From the human T2T-CHM13v2.0 reference genome, Homo sapiens, in NCBI RefSeq assembly GCF_009914755.1, contig NC_060935.1: 64,000 nucleotides of DNA; one strand, given 5' to 3'. Shown piece after piece: positions 18,705 through 30,100 of the stretch; position 1 is the stretch's first letter; each line of letters begins with the position of its first letter. A program made the position numbers and the translations under genes. Under the pieces are notes generated by a model. The model saw nothing but the letters and a program-made list of their open reading frames with translations, was not told where the DNA came from and made no database searches.

Positions 18705-19161
18705 CTTTGTGGTTTTATCTACTTTTAGTCTTTGATGATGGTGATGTACAGATGGGTTTTTGGTGTGGATGTCCTTTCTGTTTGTTAGTTTTCCTTCTAA
18801 GAGACAGGACCCTCAGATAGACAGGTCTGTTGGAGTACCCGGCCGTGTGAGGTGTCAGTGTGCCCCTGCTGGGGGTGCCTCCCATTTAGGCTGCTCGGGG
18901 GTCAGGGGGTCAGGGACCCACTTGAGGAGGCAGTCTGCCCGTTCTCAGATCTCCAGCTGTGTGCTGGGAAAACCACTGCTCTCTTCAAAGCTGTCAGACA
19001 GGGCCATTTAAGTCTGCAGAGATTACTGCTGTCTTTTTGTTTGTCTCTGCCCTGCCCCCAGAGGTGGAGCCTACAGAGGCAGGCAGGCCTCCTTGAGCTG
19101 TGGTGGGCTCCATCCAGTTAGAGCTTCCCGGCTGCTTTGTTTACCTAAGCAAGCCTGGGCA

Positions 19162-19470
19162 ATGGCGGGCGCCCCTTCCCCAGCCTGGCTGCCGCCTTGC
19201 AGTTTGATCTCAGACTGCTGTACTAGCAATCAGCGAGACTCCGTGGGCGTAGGACCCTCCGAGCCAGGTGGGCGATATAATCTCCCGGTGTGCTGTGTTT
19301 TAAGCCCGTGGGAAAAGCGCAGTATTCGGGTGGGAGTGACCCGATTTTCCAGGTGCCGTCTGTCACCCCTTTCTTTGACTAGGAAAGGGAACTCCCTGAC
19401 CCCTTGCGCTTCCCCAGTGAGGCAATGCCTCGCCCTGCTTCGGCTCGCACACGGTGCGCGCACCCACTGA
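19162..19470 (+). CDS. L1 ORF0 (antisense ORF of the L1 5'UTR), open, 102 aa
   Basis: GCAATGG Kozak context. MAGAPSPAWLPPCSLISDCCTSNQRDSVGVGPSEPG matches the ORF0 N-terminus. Donors after ORF0 nt 106 (19267|GTGGGC) and nt 191 (19352|GTGCCG). Expression not shown. Confidence 0.6.
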   Translation: MAGAPSPAWLPPCSLISDCCTSNQRDSVGVGPSEPGGRYNLPVCCVLSPWEKRSIRVGVTRFSRCRLSPLSLTRKGNSLTPCASPVRQCLALLRLAHGARTH

Positions 19471-19615
19471 CCTGCACCCACTGTCTGGCACTCCCTAGTG
19501 AGATGAATCCGGTACCTCAGATGGAAATGCAAAAATCACCCGTCTTCTGCGTCGCTCACGCTGGGAGCTGTAGACCGGAGCGGTTCCTATTCGGCCATCT
19601 TGGCTCCTCCACAAC

Positions 19616-19658
19616 CTCTTTCTTTCTTTGTCTTTCTTTCTTTGTCTTTCTTTCTTTG

Positions 19659-19709
<51 letters not shown>

Positions 19710-19845
19710 CTTTCTTTCTTTCTTTGCTTTCTTTCTTTTTTGCTTTCTCTCTCTCTCCTTCCTTCCTTCCTTCTTTCCTCCCTTCCTTCCTCCCTCCTTT
19801 CTTGCCTCGTCTCCTCTCCTCTCCTCCTGCTTTTTCTTCCCCTTA
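19616..19845. repeat. (CTTT)n / CT-rich simple repeat; the matching half lies at about 13475-13580
   Basis: Pyrimidine tracts flank both ends of the full-length L1. They account for several low-complexity ORFs. Confidence 0.92.
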
Positions 19846-20406
19846 CGTACACTCATTTGCTTCTATATATAGTCAGAATAAGACTCATCGACATTGCAGA
19901 ATACAAATATTCTCACATATAAGTACTCAGAAAAAAAGAGAGCTGTTATCATTTAGTGTATAGGAAGAATTTAAACAAGAACTGTGCCTCAGGCAAGTTA
20001 CTTAACTTTTTATTAGATAATTACATTTCATTGTGAGGACTCAATGAAATGTTTGCCAGGCACCTAGCGCAGTGACTAGTACATTTTCTATGTACAGTTA
20101 ACATTAGCAAGTATCAAAATAGTGAAAATAGCAAATATGTTGAAAAAGGTATCAAGAAACTTTCTTGTTTTTAATCACTTCCAGATCTATATGAAGACTG
20201 GAAGATGAAAATATAATGTGAGCAGGATCCATTTGGGAAATAATCCATTTATTCTTTCAATCAATACTTTTAAACCTGTACTATAGGCTATACTCTACTC
20301 TAGTGATATAATAATGAATAAAATAGAGTCTGCATTAGCAAGACCTAGTCTAAGAGAAAAGAAGCTTCAAATAGTGAACAGTCACAGTTAGGATTGAGAC
20401 AATAGG

Positions 20407-20891
20407 TGTGGCAGTTTTAAACGTGGCTTCAGAATTATTTGACACTCCTTGTCTGGAGAGAATGGACTCGTGACTGATTTGATCAATAGAGCATAATAAA
20501 AGACATGTGTTGTGGCTTCTGAGGCAAAAATCCCAAAAGGCCATGAAGCTTCCACCCTATTCTACTCACTCTTAGGGCCCTCCTTTAACGATGCTTTCTC
20601 TGGGAACCCAGCCTCTATAATGTAAGAAAATCAAGTCACATGGAGAAGGCTCAGTCATCCCACACCAGGCACCAGATATGTGAATGACAAAGCCCCCAAA
20701 TTATTTTGATTCTTGAATGTTCAGGTTTTCCCACCTGATGCCCCAGGCACTGTGGACTAGATATAAACTAAACCCACAATACAGTGCTTTGTCTGATTCA
20801 TCTGATAGAATCCATGAGCAAAATAACTTTGTTGTTGTTTTACATCGTTAATTCTGGGATGGTTTATTTTACAACAATAGTAACTGGAGCA
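20407..20891 (+). mobile_element. MLT1-type MaLR LTR
   Basis: TGTGGCAG start, ...ACAACAATAGTAACTGGAGCA end, flanks ATAGG / TTAGG. Confidence 0.7.
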
Positions 20892-21074
20892 TTAGGTGAT
20901 GCTTGAATAGGAGTGCTTAATTCAAAACTAGGCTAAAGACTGTGAGGTCATTATCACTTAATGGTACAGGGATATTTTTAAACCCCTCTAGTTGAAATTA
21001 TTTAAATAATTTTTTCCTTCCTTCCTTTCCTCCCTCCCTCCTTCCCTCCCTCCCTCTCTTCCTTCTTTCCTTCT

Positions 21075-21368
21075 TTTTTCTTTTTCTTTTTTTTGTTTTG
21101 CTCCATCACCTAGGCTGGACTGCAGTGGTGCAATCATGGCTCACTGCAGCCTTGACCTCCTTGGCTCAAGCAATCCTCCCACCTTAGCCTCCTGAGAGGT
21201 TGGGACTACAGGCATGTGCAACAATGCCTGGCTAACTTTTTAAAGTTTTAGAGACACAGGGTCTTGCTATTTTGCCCGGGCTGATCTTGAACTCCCAGGC
21301 TAAAGTAATCCTCCCACTTTGGCCTCCCAAAGTGATAGAATTACAAATGTAAGCCATCATGCTTGAAC
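21075..21368 (-). mobile_element. AluJ with CT-rich tail expansion (21010-21075)
   Basis: Diverged Alu dimer. Confidence 0.88.
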
Positions 21369-24300
21369 TGTTTTAAGTAAGAATGAAATGACATGCAAGA
21401 ACTCATAGGTCCAAATGACAATGAATAATGAATAATATAAAAGTTACTTATTATTTATCTGATAAAGGATATATTCCTTGCCCAGGTAGTATCTCCCTGA
21501 AATTTTATTATAAAACTAAAAGAGCATAAAGAGTTATGGTTAACTTGGAGCTACATACTAGTCTTCATGATTAGAAAATGAAAATTTTCATCAAAGAAAA
21601 AAATATGTAGTGTGCGATGCTTAAACCTGAATTAATAACCAAATCTGTCAGAAAATTGAATGGCAACCTTAGTTTCCACCTTAAGTCCAAACGTCTTAAA
21701 ATGTTGTTCAAAACCACCTTAAACCTGATCAGAGCCTCCTCTCTCTCTCCCTACTGCCCTTCATGTTCTGAACTCCTAAGCTCTTCAGACTGTCTGTCCT
21801 TTTCTGAAGACTGTACATTTTCAGGCCTCTGGGCTAGGGCTCAATCACTTACCTTATCCTGACAGGGCCACTGAACCTTGCCGCCTACGCTGATTCCCAG
21901 AGGCATACCTAACTTGCCTGTCTTTGCTCTCCCATGGAATGTCATCTCTATTTATATGTAGCAATTATTTGATTCTGCATTAGGTTAGTTCTTCAGATGT
22001 TTGTTTCCTTCGCCAATAGAAAATTCTTCAAGGACAGTATTCTGTCTAACTCATCTTGTATTCCCACAATGCCCATTTTAGGTACTCAATAAAGAGTTCA
22101 TAAATGTTTAAAAACAGTATAAAAAAAAGGAAGCATTCCAAAAACATTATCAGAATCTCCATCTACTCTTCACTGATTCAAAAATTTGATCCAAGTATTT
22201 GAAAAACAGAACAAAAACAAACATCACTGCACTTTGTTGAAGTCATAAACTTCATATTGTGGAAATTACCAATTTTCTTTGGGAAAAATTAGTGTCTGTA
22301 TTCATGAAGACATCTGTATAGTTCCTACACATAATTTGGTTTCACTTATAAAATCTGCCTCAATGAAAAAAATTAATGTATGATTTGGCAGGGCTCACAA
22401 ATGTCTTGTCTCCTCATTCAGCAAACAAACCAAACCATAAGATGTAAATAATATTCTTCCTTCATACAGAGCCTACCTTTATTTCTTTACTTTCTATGTG
22501 TCTAGATGGGCCTGAAAATTAGCACAATATTTAAGGATTAGTACATGAGATTTTATCAATTATTAAATAGTTCTGAGGAAGAATGTTAAGCAAACATTTT
22601 GTCTATAGTATGTTTTTATACTTCCTGTTCTTAGTGGGTCATACGTTCTTCCACTGTTTCATAGAAATATTCTCATTTACTAAAAAATAAAAATATCTTT
22701 ATAGGTGGTGTCATGTTGTCTGAGTAAAACTGTGGACCAAATTTATTCATGAACAAAGGACTAAAATGTTTTAAAACAAATTGGATTTTTAAATTTCAGT
22801 CATATCTATAATTTCTACAAATCTTAAAACCACAGCATATACTAGTTGCTGATGTCTCTTTTAATTCTTGGCTTATATTTTGGGGGTTTAAACTTGGCTA
22901 TGTTTTCTGAAACCTGAAACTTTTCATCATCTCCTTCTGAGTTGCAGCAACATATGTCATTAATGAAGGGAATTGGGTAACTTCCTTTGCTATTGTTCTT
23001 AAATCAACACATGACAGACACCAACACCAATTAGAGAGATCTGCCTAAGGCACAGAATGTTGAAAAAGATATCTGTTGAATGAAAGAGGGTTGATGTAAG
23101 AAAAGAAAAAATAGTACCAAATTGTGTGAAGGATAAACTGAATGACTATAAAAAGAATGTTCATATATTGAGGAAAACAAAGTACAATGCATAATCCAAG
23201 TAAACTATAAAGAATTACTGGAGCTTAAGAAAAACTTAAAAGCATCTAGAAGTAAACAGTTTGCTTTCACGAGTCCACAATCAAAAGGTAAAGCAGCATT
23301 AACATATAAAAATCATCCCCATACTTTATTAATAAACTATAAGATGTATGAGCTGGAGAAGACTGCTAAGAGTGGAAATAGTCAAAGGCAGGTCATATTA
23401 CAGTGCACATCACACAGAGATATTGCTTATTACTTTCTCAGTGATAGTGTTTGTCATGATGTGTGTGTGTGTGTGTGTCGAGGAGGCGTACTTATAGCAC
23501 TTACATGCTTTCATACTCTATGCTGAATATTTTCATTTTTACTCTATTAAACTTCATATATTTTACACGTCATTTCTTTAGCTTTAACTTTTATGATGTA
23601 TTTTGAGATAACATACAGAAATTTCTGATCCCAGTGAGTATGATCACTATATTTCCATAGAGAGAAGACAGTGGGAGTGAAAGAGCATTGTAAAAAGAGA
23701 AAGACAGTGAAGTAGAAAGAATCTAGTATTCAAATAAGAGGAGGAATTCTGGAAGTGTGAATAAGATGAAGAAAGCTAAGTGGTCAGTCTAAAAACAGAC
23801 TTCTTCATCTCTTACTGATTTGTAAAACTTAAAAGATTCTGTTGATGGTGGGGTACAACATATTGACACCTGATAGTTAAAAGGTAGGACTCTTTGTTAC
23901 CTCTCCAAGTGAGAGGGCTGTCAGAGCCACACAGGGGTTGGGCCCTGGGACAGGGTAACAGCAAGCTGGAGCTGTAGAGAGCAGCTATGTATGGCAAACA
24001 AGGTGGGGTTAGCTGGTTTTCTCCTCCCTGTGGATTTGCTAATTTGAATAATTCTGAAGACTCTAGAGCAGAGGGTCTCTCCCTAGTTGTTTAATGTTTG
24101 GCCCCAGAGGAGATTAAGGTGAGTGCATAGTAGCTCAGAGAGTGAGAACTTACTAAGGGAAGTGGTTGGAGTGTGGGCTTCATTGGTTGTTCCTGCGTGT
24201 GTGTGTGTGCACCACCCCCTCACACACACTCACATGCACACACACAGGAAGTAAAAAAGAGCTGAATAAACTCTAAATACAAACAAGGCAAGGAAAACAG

Positions 24301-24684
24301 AGAAAGTAATAGGGAAGAAAAAAATAACATGTTTGCTCCTGAACAGAAGATTGTTTACAAGATTATTTTCTTCTTTTAACCTGCAGGGTCATGACTACCG
24401 TACTTCCTCACACTCCTCTCCAGGTCTTTTGTTGTCAAAAGGGGCAGCTCACTTATGTGAGCATCAAATCTTGGCCCACAATCATATATTACTTTTAATG
24501 CATTTTATTAGAATTTAAATTTACTTCACAATTTAGTAATGAACTGAGTCTCCCACACAGTTATGCAACAACTGGTAAACAATTAGAACTATTTATAATT
24601 TCTACTTTTGTTTAGGAATTCACCAACATTTGGTGTTAGAAATTTAAAACGATCCAGATGTATTGGTGGAATGTAGGCAACTGA

Positions 24685-25053
<369 letters not shown>

Positions 25054-25501
25054 TGACCACACAATAGATCCCTCTAGATATCAGATAGGTATCTCAAAAT
25101 TAACTTGTCTAGGACTAAAACCCTGATTTTCATTCCACTGAACATGAGACAAAACAAAACAAAGCAAAACAACTTCTTCCCATCTTTCCCACTTCATTAA
25201 ATGGCAGCATAATTTTTGTAACTGCTTATCCAAAAAAAATCTAGGGGGTTTCCTTGTCTGTTTCTCACACCACATATCCATCTATCAGCAAGTCATAATA
25301 AAATCTAAATCATAATTTTAAATAATGAACACGAATGATGTAGTTTTGTAGAGTAGGATTGAATGCTCACATAATTCACCTGCTTTTTTAGAACATGGGC
25401 ATACTGAGAAGAAAGAGTGTGAAGAAAAGAGAAAAGAATAACCACTCGAAAGATCTCCCTGACTTTTATCTCCTCTCCTCTCATTTATTGATTCTGCCAT
25501 A

Positions 25502-25885
25502 GGAGTTTGGATCATAATCCTGAAAGATGCAATTCTAAATGCCATAAATCTGAATGTTGAAATTACGAAAGCCCAATTGTGGGGATGAGATTAGTGTGTT
25601 TTTGGTTGTATGCAGCATAGTTGCATCATGTTAGTAGTATCATGTTAGGCATAAGTATGATTTTGTTATTGCCTCTTTTTGGAAATTAAGTATAGTTTTA
25701 AGGAGATGCATATGGTTGCTAAATTGACAAGGAGTAGATGTGTGAACTTAGTTTTACATGTGTCAATGTGACTGGATTAAGGAATACTTAGAAACCTGTT
25801 GAAGTTTTATTTTGGGTATGTCCATGATGGTGTTTCCAGAGGCGATTAATGTGTGAAACTAGGTGGTATAGGTAGGGAAGATCTT
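25502..25885 (+). mobile_element. Ricksha (MULE/MuDR-type DNA transposon) fragment carrying ERV-L/MLT2 sequence
   Basis: GTTTGGATCATAATCCTGAAAG...AATGTTGAAAT resembles the Ricksha terminus. It is followed by a purine tract (GACAAGGAGTAGA) and an MLT2-like LTR start (GTGTCAATGTGACTGGATTAAGGAATAC). Confidence 0.65.
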
Positions 25886-26477
25886 TTACTATTAGCTCTG
25901 ATAATCTAATCCAACTCTGAATCTTGATTGGTATGTTCTTATTCTGCATTTTATTTTGAAGTCAAATTTGTTTGACTCAATTCCTAGTCAGCTTATTATT
26001 AAAAATAAAAATGCAACCCCTCCCCTTTAAGAGGCACTTTCAGTCTCCTGGCTATTCAGCCCGCTTAGGCTTGGGAGCTAGTTAAAAAGACATCTTCCCT
26101 GACCCCCATCTATCCTCGACTGATACCAGATCCAAAAGAAAAGAGATTATTTCTGTGTAGGATTTGAAACCTTCTCTTGACTTTTCCTGGTTAAAAGTTT
26201 TTCCTCAAAAGCCTTCTTCGGTATTCTTTTCATGAGTTCCTTCTCATACTTCTGTGAGGTATTTGACTTAATTCTCTGTGATGTGGAATCTTCACCACAT
26301 GGGGCAGCTCATCTGGCTTGGAATTAGGATACCTGACAGAAACTTATTTCTTTTCAAAAATGATTTTTTTTCTCAAATAATTTTATTATCACATTTTAAC
26401 TTTTAAATATAAAATCTTTCTAGTTTTTATCTAAGACATTTTTAAAAATGATATATAGACTCCTGACACCTCCTTAT

Positions 26478-26620
26478 AAAGAAAGAAAAAAGCAAGGATA
26501 GAAGGAAGAAAGGAAGGAAAAGAGAGAAGAGAGAAAGGAAAAAATGGAGGGAGGAAGGAAGGAAGGGAGGGAGGAAGGGAGGGAGGGAGGGAAGAAGGAG
26601 GGAAGGGAAGGAAAGGAAAG
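26478..26620. repeat. GA-rich simple repeat (GGAA/GGGA)
   Basis: Near-pure purine tract. Confidence 0.9.
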
Positions 26621-29398
26621 CTCTGTTGCTTCAAATAAGTTGCTTGAAGTTGCTTCCCATTTGTGTTGGGAAATGAGCATATGTTCAAATCAGTCAGACT
26701 CAGGCATGAGTTTAAATCTTACCTATGCTGCTTAATAGATGTGTGTCATTAGGTAAGCTTTTTAAAAACCATTTTTGCTATTGGAATGAGCTCCCGGAAA
26801 GCAGGGAATGTGACTTCATTTTGATACAAGTGCCTAACACAGAAGAGGTTGGAGAATAAATGAATGAGTGACCCAACAAACCATGAAGCCACTGGATGTC
26901 TAAAGAGAGTAAAATGGAATGTTAGGAAGCGAGGAGGGGAAGACTCAGAGAAGGGATGTATAAGATTCTCTGAACGTTTGTATTTTTAATGCTGCTAATA
27001 TCTTTATCTTAGGGAATTGTTGTAATGAGTCAATAAGAATATTTAGGTACTCACTTAACAATAACATACCTAACATTCATTTAAAACTTGCTATATGCCA
27101 AACAGTAAACTATTTTACATGTATTAACTTATATAACTCTCAAGACATGCCTATGAGAGAGTGGTATTTGTTAATCCCACTTTACAGATGTGAAAACTGA
27201 TAGTTGAAAGGTAAAATAATTTGCCTGTAACTTTTAGCAAACAAGCAAAGAAGCTGGAAGTGGACCCTGCCTGATTTCGTCTGTGACCAAATCTGGACTC
27301 CAGATTACTCTGCTAAATGTAGTGACTACGATATTACAAATTTACTATGCCTATTCCTTGACAGCCTCTGTGGGGATGATGGCTGGCGAAACTTCTTTGC
27401 AAATGACTCTAGAGACTAAGTGACTACTGTGATCATAGCAGAATGGCAATATTCCTTTATGCTAAGAAAAGCCCCACTGACACTGACCCTATTCCCAGGC
27501 AGTTCTCTCACTTTGGGCTTGGAGTACTGCCCTTTTATAGGATGCTTCCTGATCCATTATTTGGAACTACCAAAATGCTTTAATGAGATCATTTTAAGTG
27601 TCATATCTTTAAGTGCTTTGTATAAATCAACAGTTGGAAAATATTCCGTATTTGTGAACTGTGTTATAGTTACAATAATGGAAGTTTCAGCAAACCTCTC
27701 ATTCTTCAACAAAGTAATCCTAAATTTGAAATTATTAGTGTACTTAAAAATCAGTGAATAACTGGAGCAATATCTAACTGCAAGAGAATCCCAAGAAATG
27801 TGATACTAAAATCTCACTTATAAGTAAATTGTGCTAGTAATAAAGATGCAAAATTAATAACTGGTATTGTCTTTACAGAGGGATCTCCATTTAATTTTCC
27901 TTTGATGAGCACAGTTCTTGCTGAATCCCGTCTATCACCCAATGGCACCCACTTTTTCCTCCCTTGGATATGCAGTGGTTTTATGATTTATTTATTTATT
28001 TATTTATTTACTCAATTATTTGGCAACCTTAGGCTTGGTATTGTGATAAAGATTTGAAATATAAGGATGAATAGTCTAGTCCCTACTCTCTAGGACTCAC
28101 AATTTGGTAAGTGAGATAGATGCATAAACAAATAACTGTGATACTACATTATAAGTGAGAAATAAAAGAAATAGCAAAGTGCTCAGAGCACTGGACATAG
28201 AGTCACAAAAAATATCTCTACCAGAGAGATCAAGAGAACCACAAAGAAGGTGACAATTAAGCTTTCCCTAGAAGAGTGAATCAGATTTCTTCAGAGGGAG
28301 ACAGTGAAGGTAAAAGATCATTTTGGTTAGCATGAGGAAAGGCATGGAGGTGTAACGGTATAAGATGTTTGGGATGTTGTGACATTACATTGCATCAAGT
28401 CTACCAATAACAATATATAAACATATCTGTTTCATACTTTGTAATGAAACCATCTGTTAATTGAGACCTTACCTCACTTTTTATTGATTTTCCCCTTAGT
28501 TTAGTTTCTTTACAGTCAGATTTTTTTAAAACTGTAGGTCATAAAACAAATTTAGCAGCTCTCTAATAGCATTTCTTTAAAATTGAATAGCATAGAAGAG
28601 ACTATAATAATGTCAAGTAGAAAAATATCAGAGTGCAATATAATAGTAAAGTACGTAATGTTTTTGTGAAACATACTTAGTTTATTTGTGTCTAAGTGTT
28701 CTATGTGTCTGTTCCATAATGTATTTCATATTGTGGGTCACAATAAAAATTTGAAAGCCACTGCAGTAGTAATATTTTCTATTGCTTTTCATTGCACTCT
28801 TGTTATATTGGCTATGATTAAACCTTGAGTCCAAATGAACCTAGGTTTTTAATGAAGTGACAAGTGACACAGACTGACCTCATTTATAAGCCTGGCACAC
28901 AGGCAAGCATCTGTTTTAGTGAACTCTAGTTACATTTTACCAGATGAAATGCTGCTAGCTTGGGAGTGAAACTATCATTTGTAATGTTATTTTAACATTG
29001 CTTTTCTATTCTGGATTCTAAACTATTAAATTAGAGACAATATATAAAGATATAACCAATTAGTTGTATATTTTCTAAGACACCAGCTTCTAAAATAATC
29101 ATTCATTTCTTTCAACAATTATTGAGTGTCTACTATATGTCTAATGATATTCTACATGCCAGAGATATAGTGGTGGAAAAGACAAGAAAGGTTGTTGAAA
29201 TAAACATATTTTACATTAAACATTTATATTATACTTGAGGTACTTGTGATTAAAGTAACATGACATAGACTTTTTTAAGATTTAGAAGCAAACTACAAGA
29301 TAAAGAAAGAAAGAAAACTTAAAAAAAAAACACCTTCAACTTAGACAACAGACGTCACACCACAGAAGGTACTGCATAGGATATTTAAAACTAGATGA

Positions 29399-30100
29399 GG
29401 CAGGGTGTGGTGGCTCATGCCTCTAACCCAGAAACTTTGGAGGGTTGGGGTAGGGCATCATGTGAGGCCAGGAGTTTGAGACTAGCCTGGGCAACATAGT
29501 GGGACTGTGTCCCTGGGCAACATAGTGGGACCGTGTCTCTGCAAAAAAATAAAAAATAAAAATAAAAAATTAGCCACAGTTGGTGGCTGTGTTAGTCTGT
29601 TTTCACTGTGCTATAAAGAACTACCTGAGACTGGGTCATTTATAAAGAAAAGAGGTTTAATTGACTCACAGTTCTGCATGGCTGGGGAGGCCTCAGGAAA
29701 CTTACAATCATGGGGAAAGGCAAAGGGGCAGCACGGCATGTCTTACATGGCAGCAGGAGAGAGAGAAAGAGAGAGGGGAAGTGCCACCCTTTTAAAACCA
29801 TTAGGTCTTGTGAGAACTCCCTCACTATCATGAGAACAACATGCGGGAAACGGACCCCATGATCCAGTCACCTCCCACCAGGTCCCTCTCTCAACATTTG
29901 GGGATTACAATTCTAGATGAAATTTGAATGGGGACATAGAGCCAAACCATATCAGTGGTGCTCACTTGTGGTCCCACCTACCGTGACACTGAGATGGGAG
30001 GATAGCTAGAGCCTGAAGGTCAAGGCTGCAGTAAGCCATGGCAACGCCACTGCAATAGCCCTTCTCAAAAAAAAAAATAAAAAAATAAAAAATAAATGAA
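29399..30100 (+). mobile_element. AluJ-like element split by an LTR insertion
   Basis: Left part 29399-29587, right part 29955-30100. Approximate TSD TAAAACTAGATGA / TAAAAGTAGATAA. Confidence 0.85.
29588..29954 (-). mobile_element. THE1D/MSTA-type solo LTR nested in the Alu
   Basis: TG...CA termini, 367 bp, flanks GTGGC / GTGGT. Confidence 0.9.

Noticed and set aside
19404-19963. Long F/L/S-rich and K/E/R-rich ORFs
   Set aside because: Translations of the (CTTT)n repeat. The same applies to the ORFs at 26431-26735 and 7883-8197.
23830-24190. Possible old LTR; also hAT-like fragments near 28530-28765 and 62340-62530
   Set aside because: Too diverged to assign family or boundaries by eye.
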